Below, piece after piece: positions 12,901-24,300 of a DNA stretch of 64,000 bases. Position 1 is the first letter of the stretch. Every line of letters starts with the position of its first letter. Origin of the DNA: Klebsormidium nitens. Lineage: Eukaryota; Plantae; Klebsormidiophyceae. The position numbers and the translations under genes were made by a program. A model generated the notes under the pieces. The model searched no databases. It was not told where the DNA came from and saw only the letters and a list, made by a program, of their open reading frames with translations. The stretch lies in NCBI GenBank assembly GCA_000708835.1, contig DF237030.1, positions 1 to 64,000 on the forward strand, read 5' to 3'.

Positions 12901-15900
12901 GTCCTGTGAACTCAGGAAACAGGTCTTGGAAACTGTCTGTCGTGTTCGGTCACGGCGAGTTTAATCGTCAGACCTAATGGCGATTCAACAGCAATGGCAC
13001 TCAATGGCACTGAATGGCACTCAAACACGTCGTCCTTCGTGCACCTCTGTGAGTGGTTTAACAGCTAAGTGGAATCTGGACGTGTTTGCCTTGGTCCTTT
13101 GGAAATTGAACAGTACCTAAAGCTCTGTCCGACAAGTCTTCTCATCTTCTTTCAGCTGCATCGTCGACTTCGAACCTCGAGAGAGCTTCTCCGAGGAAGA
13201 ACAAGAGATGCTGGTTGGGCTGGCGAAACTAGCTATCCAGGTACGCTTCTCCCCTTTTCGAAACGACCAATGTGTTTCTGCAAAAAGCTTGTTTTGCTCT
13301 TCTGAGCCACCACTACTTGACGCTTTCTCTTCTGAAAAGGATGATGACGGAAGCGGGCTCTTGATCGTGGGAACTCTCTCCCGACGCTTTCCGTCAATTT
13401 CGAGCAGCAATATTTCGAGGCTCATATTGCTTAAGCTTTAGTACAATAAACCTTGTATACTCCTCTCTCTGCAGGAGATTGAGAAGCACAACCGTGCCGC
13501 AGAGCTCCAACGGCTGCAACAGAAGAAGTTTGAGGAGGACAAGCGGGGGCTGCTGCAGGCAATAGGTGCGAAAACATGAGACATATGCGTTGACAAAATG
13601 TTCAAGCGTCGTCACAGAACTTCCGTTTCCAACCAAAGTGGTCCAATTCGTTGCAAAAGCAGCACACTCATCCGGCGTGCAGGAAGCAACACTTTTCGAC
13701 GTTGCAGAGTGGCAGAACTTCAAGTCGTTTTTTTCACTCAGCGGACACCGGAAACTAAAATGGAAGCTCGTCTCTTTCTGGTTGCAGACGCTTTCAGCGA
13801 GGGCCTGGTGTTGGTCGACGTGTCCCAGAAGGGGCAGCCCATCGTGTTTGTGAACGAGGGGTGGGAGAAGATCACGGGGTACTCGGCAAACGAGTCGCGC
13901 GGGCAACACTGCGGCAGTCTGCTGCAGGTGAGCCTCGTCTCCCTGAAGAACGTTGCCCTGTGCTGCTTACGACGTGTGAGCAGGGATCCAAGTTTTGTTG
14001 GAGGACATCAAACACTCTTTTTATGCATTCTGCTGTACATCTGCCCGTTGCAGCCCCCGCAATGCCTCAAAAAGGTTGTCGTTCACGGAACTGAGTCCTT
14101 CTCTGGAGGTCTCGAGGCTCTCAACAAGGGTCGTGGAATTGAAAACCGTATTGGGGCGCACATGCACTTGGTGGGAGAACGCAGTGAAAAAAGTGACAAA
14201 AAAACTTTGTAGAGCTGTGGTCAAATATCGCAGGCTGCCCAAAAGTCTGAAGACTGGATCTAAGGACCGTCGGTTTTTGACTACAGGGGCCTCTGACCTC
14301 TTTGGAAACCACGCACACGATCACGCAAGCGTGCAAAGAAGGGCGACCAGCTTCGGTGGAGATCCTGAATTACCGGAAGGACGGGACACCCTTCTGGAAC
14401 TGGCTCAGGATACGGCCCGTGGAGGGGAGCAACTTTGGGCTGAGCGAAGATACCCGGAACGGGCAGGGGAGGTGAGCTGGCCATCGGAAGAACTGTCAGC
14501 CGCTTGCATCGTTTTCCTAGCTGCGTTTCCCAAGGAATCGCACCTGCAGCGAGGTCCTCGTCGATGAAAGGAAGAACGCTTTGCAGCTCTGGAAGGTTGT
14601 GCTGGAGCGGAGGAGAAGGATGAAAGAGGAATCGTGGAGATTTTTGGACAACATATCTGTCAGGCAGTTGGTCTCTCATAATCCGTAAGGTTTGAAGAGG
14701 GCTCGAGCACAGCTTTCGGCCCTGAAGAGCAGGTCGCTTTGCGACGTGACTCCCTTTCGTGCTTCTTTGCTGGGTATGACGCTTTGTTTTGCAAGAAGTC
14801 TTCCAGTCTTCGAGTGATTCTCTGCAACAATCTGGTCGCGGAGAAGTGAAGGCACTCAGGAAGCTTCCGAGGATCGAGAGGCAGAGCTTCCTTTCTGGTC
14901 AATTACGATGGGTACCAAAGCAGTACGGAAGAAGTGGAGTTGGCAAGGCCTTTGAAGAAGAGAAGGCAATCTTGACTCATCGACGGGCTGGAAAGCTGGT
15001 TTGTCCTAGCGTTCAAGTGTTTTTGTATCGGTTGAACTCAAAGTTGAGATTTGGAGCAATGAATTTTGCACCTCCGCTTACAGGTACTACTTTGGCATCC
15101 TGTCCGACTGCACCCGAAGGAAGGAGAAGGAACTAGAGTTGGAAGCGATCCGGTTGCGCGAGCTGGAAGCCGAAGCCTCCGTGCGGGCCAAGCGCTCCTT
15201 TGTCGCAAACATCAGTCACGAGCTTCGGACGTAAGTGTAGATATCTATGTCGGACGAAACTTGACACGTGTCGGTTAGTGAGAGGGCGAAGTCGAAAGGC
15301 GCTTCCTTTGAGCGACTGTAAAGGGGACCAGTCGGAGTATGAGCTTTTGCGAGTGTAACAGAACGGATCTCCGAAAGCAGATAGTGCGTTCTTTGCACGT
15401 CCCATTGCTTCTGAATGTCTGGGAGCTGCATTCCGAGTCCGGAGCACGAGATGGAAGGCAGCATCAGGTGTTTTGTGACAGAGGCTGTCAGGAACTCACT
15501 GGGACAGGTTTGTGAATCTTGCAGAGAAGGAACATGTCATTTGATAAAATGAACTATCAAAATTTGGAGTCTGCGGTCAAACTCAGAAGGCCAGCGTCGC
15601 TGACGTACGTTATGTGACAAGCCGTTCAAGATATCACTTCATCTCTAACGTTCAGGAGCGACTAGTGCTATAGCGGTTCGTCACTCCTACAAAGATATCG
15701 TCCACACCCCGCTCGTCTGTGGCAGCTACTTTCCTTGCGCTTGCCGCCGTCAGTGAACGGCAATAGCAATTGGTCCTTCTACACCAAACTTTTCTATCTC
15801 CAGTCGGACGGGTGAATGAGATCACCAAAGAAGTAAGACTCATTGACAATACCCCTCCTTTGCGCAGTCCGATGAACGCGATCCTGGCCTGTAGTCAGCT

Positions 15901-18900
15901 GCTGACGGACATGCCCTCGCTCACTGACGACCAACGGGAGCTCTCCAGAATGATCCAGGGGTCGGGGCAACAGCTGCTACGGCTGATCAACGACATCCTA
16001 GATTTCAGCAAGGTGCGTTTTTGTCGTATTGTCACCCATCTTCCGAGTCGACGTCTGTCATGCTCTCATGAGTGATTGTGGCTTCGGCCAGCAAATACTA
16101 ACTGACATGAAAGGGCATGCTTGACAGAACAAAGAGACACTACATCGGAGCAACTCTTATGTTGTTTGGTCAACATGAATCAGTTGGATTGAAGGGCCTG
16201 AGCTTTTCTTGTTCTTTTCAGTGCATGCTTGAACGATGGCCAATTGCACGGATTCAGGTTGTGGGTCCTGCCTAGCCTGCGCAGCCTTAAACCCTGCAGC
16301 AAGCTTAGACTCTGCATACTGCACTTGCTTCTGCTCGCGTCCTGACCCTTCGTTATTCGTTTCTCAACCAGATGGATGCTGGGAAGATGGAGCTCAGATG
16401 CGCTGAGTTCAATCTGTGGGGCTGTCTCGACTACTGCGTCGAGATGCTGGCGATGCGCTGCGAGAGCAAGGGCCTCGACCTCTCATACAACATGGATGAG
16501 AGCGTGCCAGAGTGAGCACTCCAGCCTCCGATGGGCTCTTCTTTTCCACTCCCTCGGACTTGCACTCATAGTTGGTACTGGCCTGCCGTTTGTTCGTGTT
16601 TCTGACTGGAGGCGTGTACGAGCTTCTTTTGCAGAGGTCGTCGCTTTCCGCTCTCATCTTTTGCACCGCAAACTCAGCGCGTTGGCTGGCAGAGTTTCTC
16701 GCAGTATCGGATATCAAGACGCACGTGAGCGCTATTTTTCTGCAGAACTAATTCGCTTCTCATTTCGGCGGAATCTTTCGCAAGCTGAACCTATGCTGCC
16801 AAGGCTGCTCTGCTCATCGAGAGTCTTATTTTCCTTCTGTCATTGTTAACTGACCGAGCCTTTCTGACGTGCTTTCACCGACCTTTGCAACATCTTGGTA
16901 AGTCCGAAGCCCAAAGTCCTCTTGCTTTCAGGACATGCTTCGAGAAATCTGCATCAGACTGCAGCGAGGCTGTGTAGTGCACAAAAGTTCAATATCGCAT
17001 CCCTTTCCGTTCTACAGCTGGATTTGGGCAGACGACGTTCGGCTGAGCCAGATCCTGACCAACCTGCTGAGCAACGCCGCAAAGTTCACGGAGGAGGGCG
17101 GAGAGATCGAGGTTTCAGTCAGCGCCGTCAGGCGCTCTCCGAGACGCACTTCCTCGGACGGAGCGGGCGCCCCCAGTTCCGCCGGACGGAATTCCGCCCC
17201 GGAAAACAGCGCCCATCTGCCCGAGTACGAGGTCACCTTCGCGGTTCGCGACACGGGGATCGGCATCCCGGCAGCGTTCCAGGAGGTGCTCTTCGACGCG
17301 TTCACGCAGTGCGACAACTCACGGACGAAGAAGTACGAAGGTGGGTTGACTCTAGCCGTTTGCTCTTCGTGTGTCATCCCGCTTTTGGCGCAGATTCAGA
17401 CAAAAATTAGCACAACTGGGGCCCGTCTCTGAGTGTGTGTTCTACTGCTGTATGGACGTTCTGTCATACTCACTGGAAACCGCATGGTTGCAAAGGCCTG
17501 CAGAGGCCCACAAAGTGCTTATACATCAAGTCATCAAGGTGTTCGGCTGAGAGCTTGTGTTGATTTGGAAAGTTGTTGTTTAGGTGGTTAGCATCCTGTG
17601 TGTTTGACCTCTTCTTTTTGCTTTTCATCAGGTACCGGGCTGGGTCTTGCGATCAGCAGAGATTTGGCAGAACGGATGGGGGGAAGAATGTGGGTAGAGA
17701 GCGAAGAAGGCAAGGGGAGCACCTTCTATGTGTCGATCTTCGCGCGTGGCTCCATGCGAGAGTCCTCGGGTGTCGCCCTTTCCCCGGAGCAAGCAGTGTG
17801 TAGAGCGGCGACACCTGTCACTGGAAAGCGGGCTCTGCTTGTGGGCGGAAGAAACACGTTCCAGAGAATGGTCGGATCTATGTTGAGAGTCTGGGGGCTG
17901 GAAGTGTCTGTTGCTGCGTCTGTTGAAGAGTTGCACGGTTTGTTGGGTCCGGCGGAGAAGGGCAGGTTGCAGGCGCCCAGTAACGGACGAAAGTTCGTGC
18001 GGGTAGACGTGGGCGGTTCTCAGGGCAAGCCGTTCGACGTTGTGATCGTCGATTGCTTCGATACGGTTAAGCGTACCAAACACGGGCGAAAGGGCGCCGT
18101 CGATGGGGGCGCGAACGGGCGGACGGCACCCGCCGATCTGGTGGCCTTGGGGTGCCAGCTGGCAGAACGAGTGCCCACGTTCCTGCTGACGTCAAAGGAT
18201 ACGAAGAGCCTCATAAGCCAATGGGCGGACATGGTAAGAGACCTCGCAGTGTTTTTGATCTGCCCATAGATCAAGCATCTCAACCGTTTCCTTCACCTGA
18301 TCGACGGTTCAATTCTGACTCGCCCAATGCCCTGAAAGGCCCCTTGCGGTTTCCGGTCCAACAATGCTGCCCTTTGAAGCAACCAGGCCGATTTTCGGTT
18401 GATCAGCCCGACTATGTTGCATCATTCAGCTTGACCGTTGGTCCTTTCCGAGCGCTGTATCAAAGTCGCCACCGTCCGAATTCTGCTTTGCGTGCCGGCT
18501 GTACTTTTCGGCGTCCCTCATATGAAAATCTTACTTACTGGACTTGTCCTTACAACATGCAAACAGGCTTGACGTTGCTTGTGTGCTCCGGATGAAAAGC
18601 TAGTAATCGGTCATCTGCAGCAAACTTATACTGGTCAAAGAAACGGTTCGTGGCCTTTTCATCAGCCGCTGAGTGTCAAATTAATAGCAGTACCGCTCTT
18701 TTGATCACAACGCCCCTTTGGCCAGCTCCGTTGCAGGACTGTTTCAACAAACTGTCTGGCTCTTGCTTGCATCGCCTTAGCAAACGCTGTGTCTGTTTAT
18801 CTGCAGGAGAACGCCGTCTGCTTATCCCGGTCAATCCGGATCAACCTCCTGTACGCTACGCTTCTCCAGAGGCTCGCACACCAAGACCCGCTCTCTCCCT

Positions 18901-19906
18901 TAACCACCCCTCGTTCCCTGCTAGACTCGATAGCCTCAGATTACGCAGAAGGGGGGGACGCAACCAGCCTGGAAATCCTAGTGGTTGAGGACAACAAAGT
19001 GAACCAGCGGGTGCTGAACAAGGTCCTCAAGTCGCTTGACTACGACAAAATCCGGACGGCTGGGAATGGGCGTGAAGTCTTGGAGTTGTTGCGGCAGCAG
19101 CCTGCTGACGTGGTGCTGATGGACGTCCAGATGCCAGGTCAGATTCCGTAGTTGACTCTCCATTGCCCTTTATCAAGCCTTGCTCACTTCAGGAGGCTAA
19201 GTCCTAAAAGCCGGATTCGAGCTGATACACTTCAAAGGTCAAACTCTGTTGCAAACGGTTGAGGAGGCTGTCTTGCACCGGTGGTTCGACTGGTGAATCT
19301 TACAGATGATTCATTGGATGCCATCGTTTCACTTGTCGTAATGAGTGGCCCCTCCTTTCCTGCAGAGATGGACGGGCTAACGGCAACCACGCGAATCAAG
19401 GTGTGTTGATCTGTCATCGCATGGTCTGCGTTGAGTTCGGTTGTCTGATCAGTACGCGTGCGAAGGACCTGTTTTTAGAGGAGCGACCGCAGGCGCCTCT
19501 TTTGGAGTGTGCCGCACTGCCAGGAATGCCGCCCTCGGCCAACTTCGACGGGTTACAAACCTCCGACCCTCTTGTCCCTTGTTGTTCTCTCCTGTTGGAA
19601 TGGTTAGGCCTTCCTGGCGATCATTCCACTCCCTGCTCGTTATCCCGTTTGTGTGACGCTGCTTAATATGAACTTTCACCGAGCCAATTGCAGGCCGACA
19701 TTTCCGACGAGGACCAGCCCATGGTGATTGCCCTGACGGCCGACGTGGGGAACGACATAGAGAAGGAGTGTCGAGAAGCCGGGATGATCTCGTACCTGTC
19801 AAAGCCGGTCCAAAAGTCGAAATTGGAAAAGTTGCTTGCGAAGTGCGGGTATTACAAGCAGCACCGGTCAGAGCGGAAGATGTTGAAGTGGATAGACGCA
19901 AGTTAG
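9926..19906 (+). CDS. Hybrid sensor histidine kinase GAF-PAS(LOV-like)-HisKA-HATPase_c-pseudoREC-REC; 18 exons, about 984 aa
   Basis: Exons 9926-10051, 11010-11078, 11490-11543, 11805-11932, 12210-12273, 12707-12783, 13156-13240, 13475-13565, 13788-13927, 14287-14471, 15084-15230, 15868-16012, 16372-16511, 17018-17340, 17632-18233, 18807-19137, 19366-19400, 19694-19906 join in frame. Motifs: GAF ([25 protein letters not shown]), H-box ISHELRTPMN, N-box LLSNAAKF, G1 DTGIGI, G2 GGTGLGL, receiver LVVEDN / LMDVQMP / ALTA / LSKP. The first exon is the least certain. Confidence 0.92.
10686..10863. repeat. 89-bp tandem duplication in intron 1 of the kinase
   Basis: Units at 10686-10774 and 10775-10863 (acttttccagtgac...cccagtctctaata) differ by only a few substitutions. 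Confidence 0.9.
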
Positions 19907-21332
19907 AGTCGCGCCTTGCGCCTCCACTGTGTTTGTACCGTCGTTCTCCCCACGCTATGTAAAGGTAGCTGCGGCCTGGTTATGAGAATGTTCTGGTCGG
20001 CGGCCACTGATTGACAAATGTAACTAAACTTATCGATCGTGAAAGCTATAGCAAACGCGCTTTGATTGCAAAAAGTAAGATAGTGAACAAGGTATGACTC
20101 ATTATAGTGAAACACCGGCCGAGGTAATCGTAGGTAAGGAATCCGGTGATCTGTCTTAGTGGTTAGTATCAGGTCGCATGTCTAGCTGGACCTCAAACTT
20201 CCAACAATCACGGTCTGTTCCGGATGTTTGCAAGTAAAGTAGTCGCATTGGCAGTCGACCACCGTGTAAAGTTTCTGTCCGTCCAACCACCACGGATGGC
20301 GGGCACAAGGTGCGGCGCATCATTCATGCATGGGGTATAGCTTGACAAAAGTCAGTCACGTGGAATTCGGCGAAGCGTGAGTACTGTGTGCTTAAGTTGG
20401 TAATTTCACGTGACGGTCTTTGAAGTTTCGGCCGGAGAGCTAGAATTACGCTGTGTTAAAGTTTGACATCATAGCTACCTAGAGCTAGAACAAAGATAAG
20501 GCCGCCCGCGCCTGCCCGCTTGAAAATCATTGCTTAACAATTGCATGCCTACGTTAATGGCTTGGTCATGCACTGGACCATGCGGTGCATACCAAATGTG
20601 GGCCGCTGGCATGTCGATCGCCTGTATAATATAGCATGCTATGCATAGCTGCGCGCGGGGCCGCGCAGCGACCGCACATCGTTGCCATGTGCCAGCGCAA
20701 GCTCGCATGCAGGCTGGCAAAGTCTGGCACGGATCACTTTTCAATTGGATGATCGCAATTCGATCCAAGTACCAAGCGCCTCATTCACTAGACGTACAGC
20801 TTTTACTGTTAGTATATACAGCTTCAAGAGATGGTCAAACATGCGTTAAGATTCAAACCTGACGTGCATGACTGAACGGTATGAACGGATTGCCACGTGC
20901 ATATAAGACCTGCATGCAATAAATGCCGCCTGTGTTGTTCCAATTAGTCGTCATCGGATAGGCTCTCTTTAAGTAGAAGCACTATAATGCACTATGCACT
21001 GATGCATGTATGCCCGGACATGTCTAATGTTCCGGCGTTTGACTGGCCGATAAACGTAAGATGACGGCACGTCGATCACGTATGCAGTCCGACAATTGTC
21101 TGTTGCCATTTTGGCAAGCCTTGGACCAGAGGACTCTCGAGGATTAAAAGATGGCGCGCTGTATCTGAAGGGCCAAGCCTCAGTGGTTCAAAGGCCTGCC
21201 TCAACACGCACACCCCAGGTCGTATGGTTGAGGGACGAAGTGAAATGAGGCTCTTGGAAGGAGGAGGTTATAGTGTGAACAGCAACGACGGTGCCGAGCC
21301 CAGTGGCGGTTTCTTCCCAGCTTTACGTATAG

Positions 21333-24300
21333 TTATTGATCCCGCTGACCTCCAGAGAGGAAAGAGGAGACGTTTCCAGGCAGATTCAACGCGAGCGAGT
21401 CCTTGAGGCGGCCGGCCTGGCCTTCGAGAAGCTTGAAGGGGTTCTCGTTGAACTTACTACCAACCTGCAAAGTCAAGGAGCAAGCGTGGGATGAAGCAAA
21501 ACCGCCTGGATGACCGCAGAAGGTGAAGGTGGTGAAACTGGGCTCCCTTGGCGTGGTCAATCCAAACGGATGCAGTCATCCTATTTAAGTGCGCAGCATG
21601 CGAGGAGACAGAGCTGGACGGTTCAATCCGCTCAGTATAAACCGACAGAAAAGCACTTGGGCAGAGGCGTCGCCAAGACATTGAGAAACTCTGGAAGGCT
21701 CTTGGAAGGCTCCAGGTATTCTGGCATCTGGCCGATAAGAGTGTGGAATCCAAAGTACGACAGGAAGAACACGCAGTGGATTATCTTGAACCTCAACCAT
21801 AAGCCACAGGAAGAAACCGTAAGGGCATATGGAAACGTCCGCAGTTTTTAGGCGAAGCCCGTGCAAACATGCAAGCCAGGATAAAGAAGTTGCAGGTGGC
21901 AAATTACAATAGCTACACGTTCAGCTGTAACGAAATGATACAACCCCAGAAGGATTTCGACCAACTATCATTATGGCCTTCACCGCTTTGAAACAGCAAA
22001 GATCTGCCTCGCAAAGAATCGCATGAGAACAAAGAACCCACTGTGAGCCGCCGATTGGGTCTCGACAGCCACCTTACCGTCCCCAACACGCAACTGAGGT
22101 CGAATATGTTTGGCGGCAAACAGCCTAACGGAAACATGGGCGGAGCACCAATCGAGTATTGCCACGTGGCTTCAGCCCCTCACCGTGCCTATGATCGACT
22201 TGAACAGCGGCTTGGCCGCGCCCAGCCCCAAGGCCGCCTGCGGCTCCGCAAACGAGAAACTGCTGACGTCATCGCTGAGCGCGGCGCGCCACGGCGATGT
22301 CACGGCGCCAGGCTCTTGGAGGGAGCCACGACGAGAACGGGGGCCGCTTCCGCCGTTGGCTAGCAGAGGGGAGCTGCGCGAAAGAAGTGGAGGCAATGCG
22401 CTTAAAGAAAGAATAGCCGCGTTCTTAGGAGCAGGAGAAGGGACGAGGGACTGTGGTTTTGTCTCGATGGGTTTGGAAAGGTATCAAAGAGATGGCGGCT
22501 GTGTTGGGATGCACATTCCGACTCGATAAATGCAGTTCGTGACCGAAATGCAGTTCGTGACCGGATTGCTTGCAGAGAAACGCTGCAAGGAGAGGTGTTG
22601 GCACGCCAGTGAAAACAAACGGAGTAATAAGGAAGCGCAGTTAAGTACTGAAGGAGTCATTGCTGTTGCAGCTTGACTGAACCTTTGGACAAGCGGAATT
22701 TTCCCTGTAGAGCCAGTGCCTGGCCCGCCAAGGCGATAACATTGTCGATAGCATGTCCACGCAACTTTAGTGGTGCAAGAGAGATACTTGACCGGACACG
22801 GTGATTCTAAGCCGAGACGCGCAAATAGAGGGCACTCGCGCGCACGAAAAGTATGCGTACTTTTCAGCCCCTTTGGCCGCCCGAAGAACCGTCACGTAAG
22901 GCGCTGCACAGACAAGCACACCAGATCTGCCAATCCGGCGTGTCGACGATTCCCAGATCTGCGGTGTGCACAGATAGAAGCGCCCCAGCTGGCGCATGCC
23001 CGATACTTCTCTAGAATAGTCGTAGAAAGCTCAAGAACGAAGCTAACACTAAAAGCAAAACCCAAATAGTCACTCGCTCCGCAACCGTACCCACCATAAC
23101 CCCCAGACTAACCCAACCCTCCAAGTACTAAAGCTTTAAAAACTTCGATTGGGAAAGCTAGCCGAAACGGTGGGTTGAGCTGCAAACTTACGAGTTTGAG
23201 TTACTCTATACTTAATTTAGAGAACGGTGCATACCTGATGGGCAGGTACGCGAAGCGCGGCACAGCGTGCGCCATGTTGAGCGTGTTGCTCTCCGCGTTC
23301 TTTGCGGGCATCTGCGGCACGTCCGTGTACAGCCGCTGCAGCTGGATCAAACTGCCAAACAGCACCGCGCACCGGTGGTAGTACCGCCGCTCGTTCGACC
23401 ACAAGTACGGCTCGTACCTGGACCAGGGCAGACCGAGGCTTTCGTGTTGAAGAGGTTGGAGTTAGTGGACGGGATTCTTTGTGGGTCCGCTGGGAAAGCG
23501 GCATTTAGATTCTCCTATCTTTCAGCCAGTACAAGAGAACGGACTCGCCTCGCTTTCAATTACAAGGCATCAGCCGGTCAAACGTCAAACAAGGCAGACA
23601 CCGATAACACGACCCGAGAGGAGTGGCGCTTCGGTCATCGTCGTGAAGCCTTCCTCACAATCTTCGTTTGAATTTCAAGTCGGATCTGAACATCTGTTTG
23701 ACTTACCAACGCGGAAGAGCTTACGGTGGGTCGGTGATTAAGCACAAACAAGCATTGGAAGCAGTCTTTTAGCACGGGCGGGGTAAAATGGAAGAGTTTG
23801 GGAGGACGTGTGCGGAGCATGTGAAATTCGAGGTAAATTCAATATCAGACTGAACCCATGCTGGTCCCTGAATCTCCGTAAGGATTCAAGAGTATGGAGG
23901 TACAATCTTACGTGGCCCAGTCGATAGGGTCGATCTGCCCGGTGAGCCCGTCCAGAATCCCGAGCACCCGCCGCTTCCGCGCGAGCGCGGCCGCGTCCGT
24001 TTGGCTCGTGCTCGTGCGCACGCGCTTGTTTCCCGCCAGGCTAGTTCCCGGGTCCTTCACTTCGTCGTCTACGCTCGTACTGCCGTCCGGCCCAATGTCG
24101 GACCCTCCCGCGAGAACGTCCGAAAGAAAGCGGACGTCGAAAAGGAGTTGGAGGATGCCCTTCTCGGAGGCGCGGGTGCCGAGGGATGAAGGGTCGGCGA
24201 CAAGGGACTCGTAGATGCTCAGAATCTGCGAGGAAAAAGATGCGTATACCATGTGTTAGGGTGAACGTTGAAGAGCTGTGCTCGCAGTCTTGAATAGCAA

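Noticed and set aside
14521-14685. Open stretch with AG/GT ends inside kinase intron 10
   Set aside because: Stop codon in the required phase; exons 10 and 11 already join correctly.
21510-21902. Overlapping ORFs of 105-113 aa on both strands
   Set aside because: They lie in the last COG1 intron and show no motifs or coding bias.
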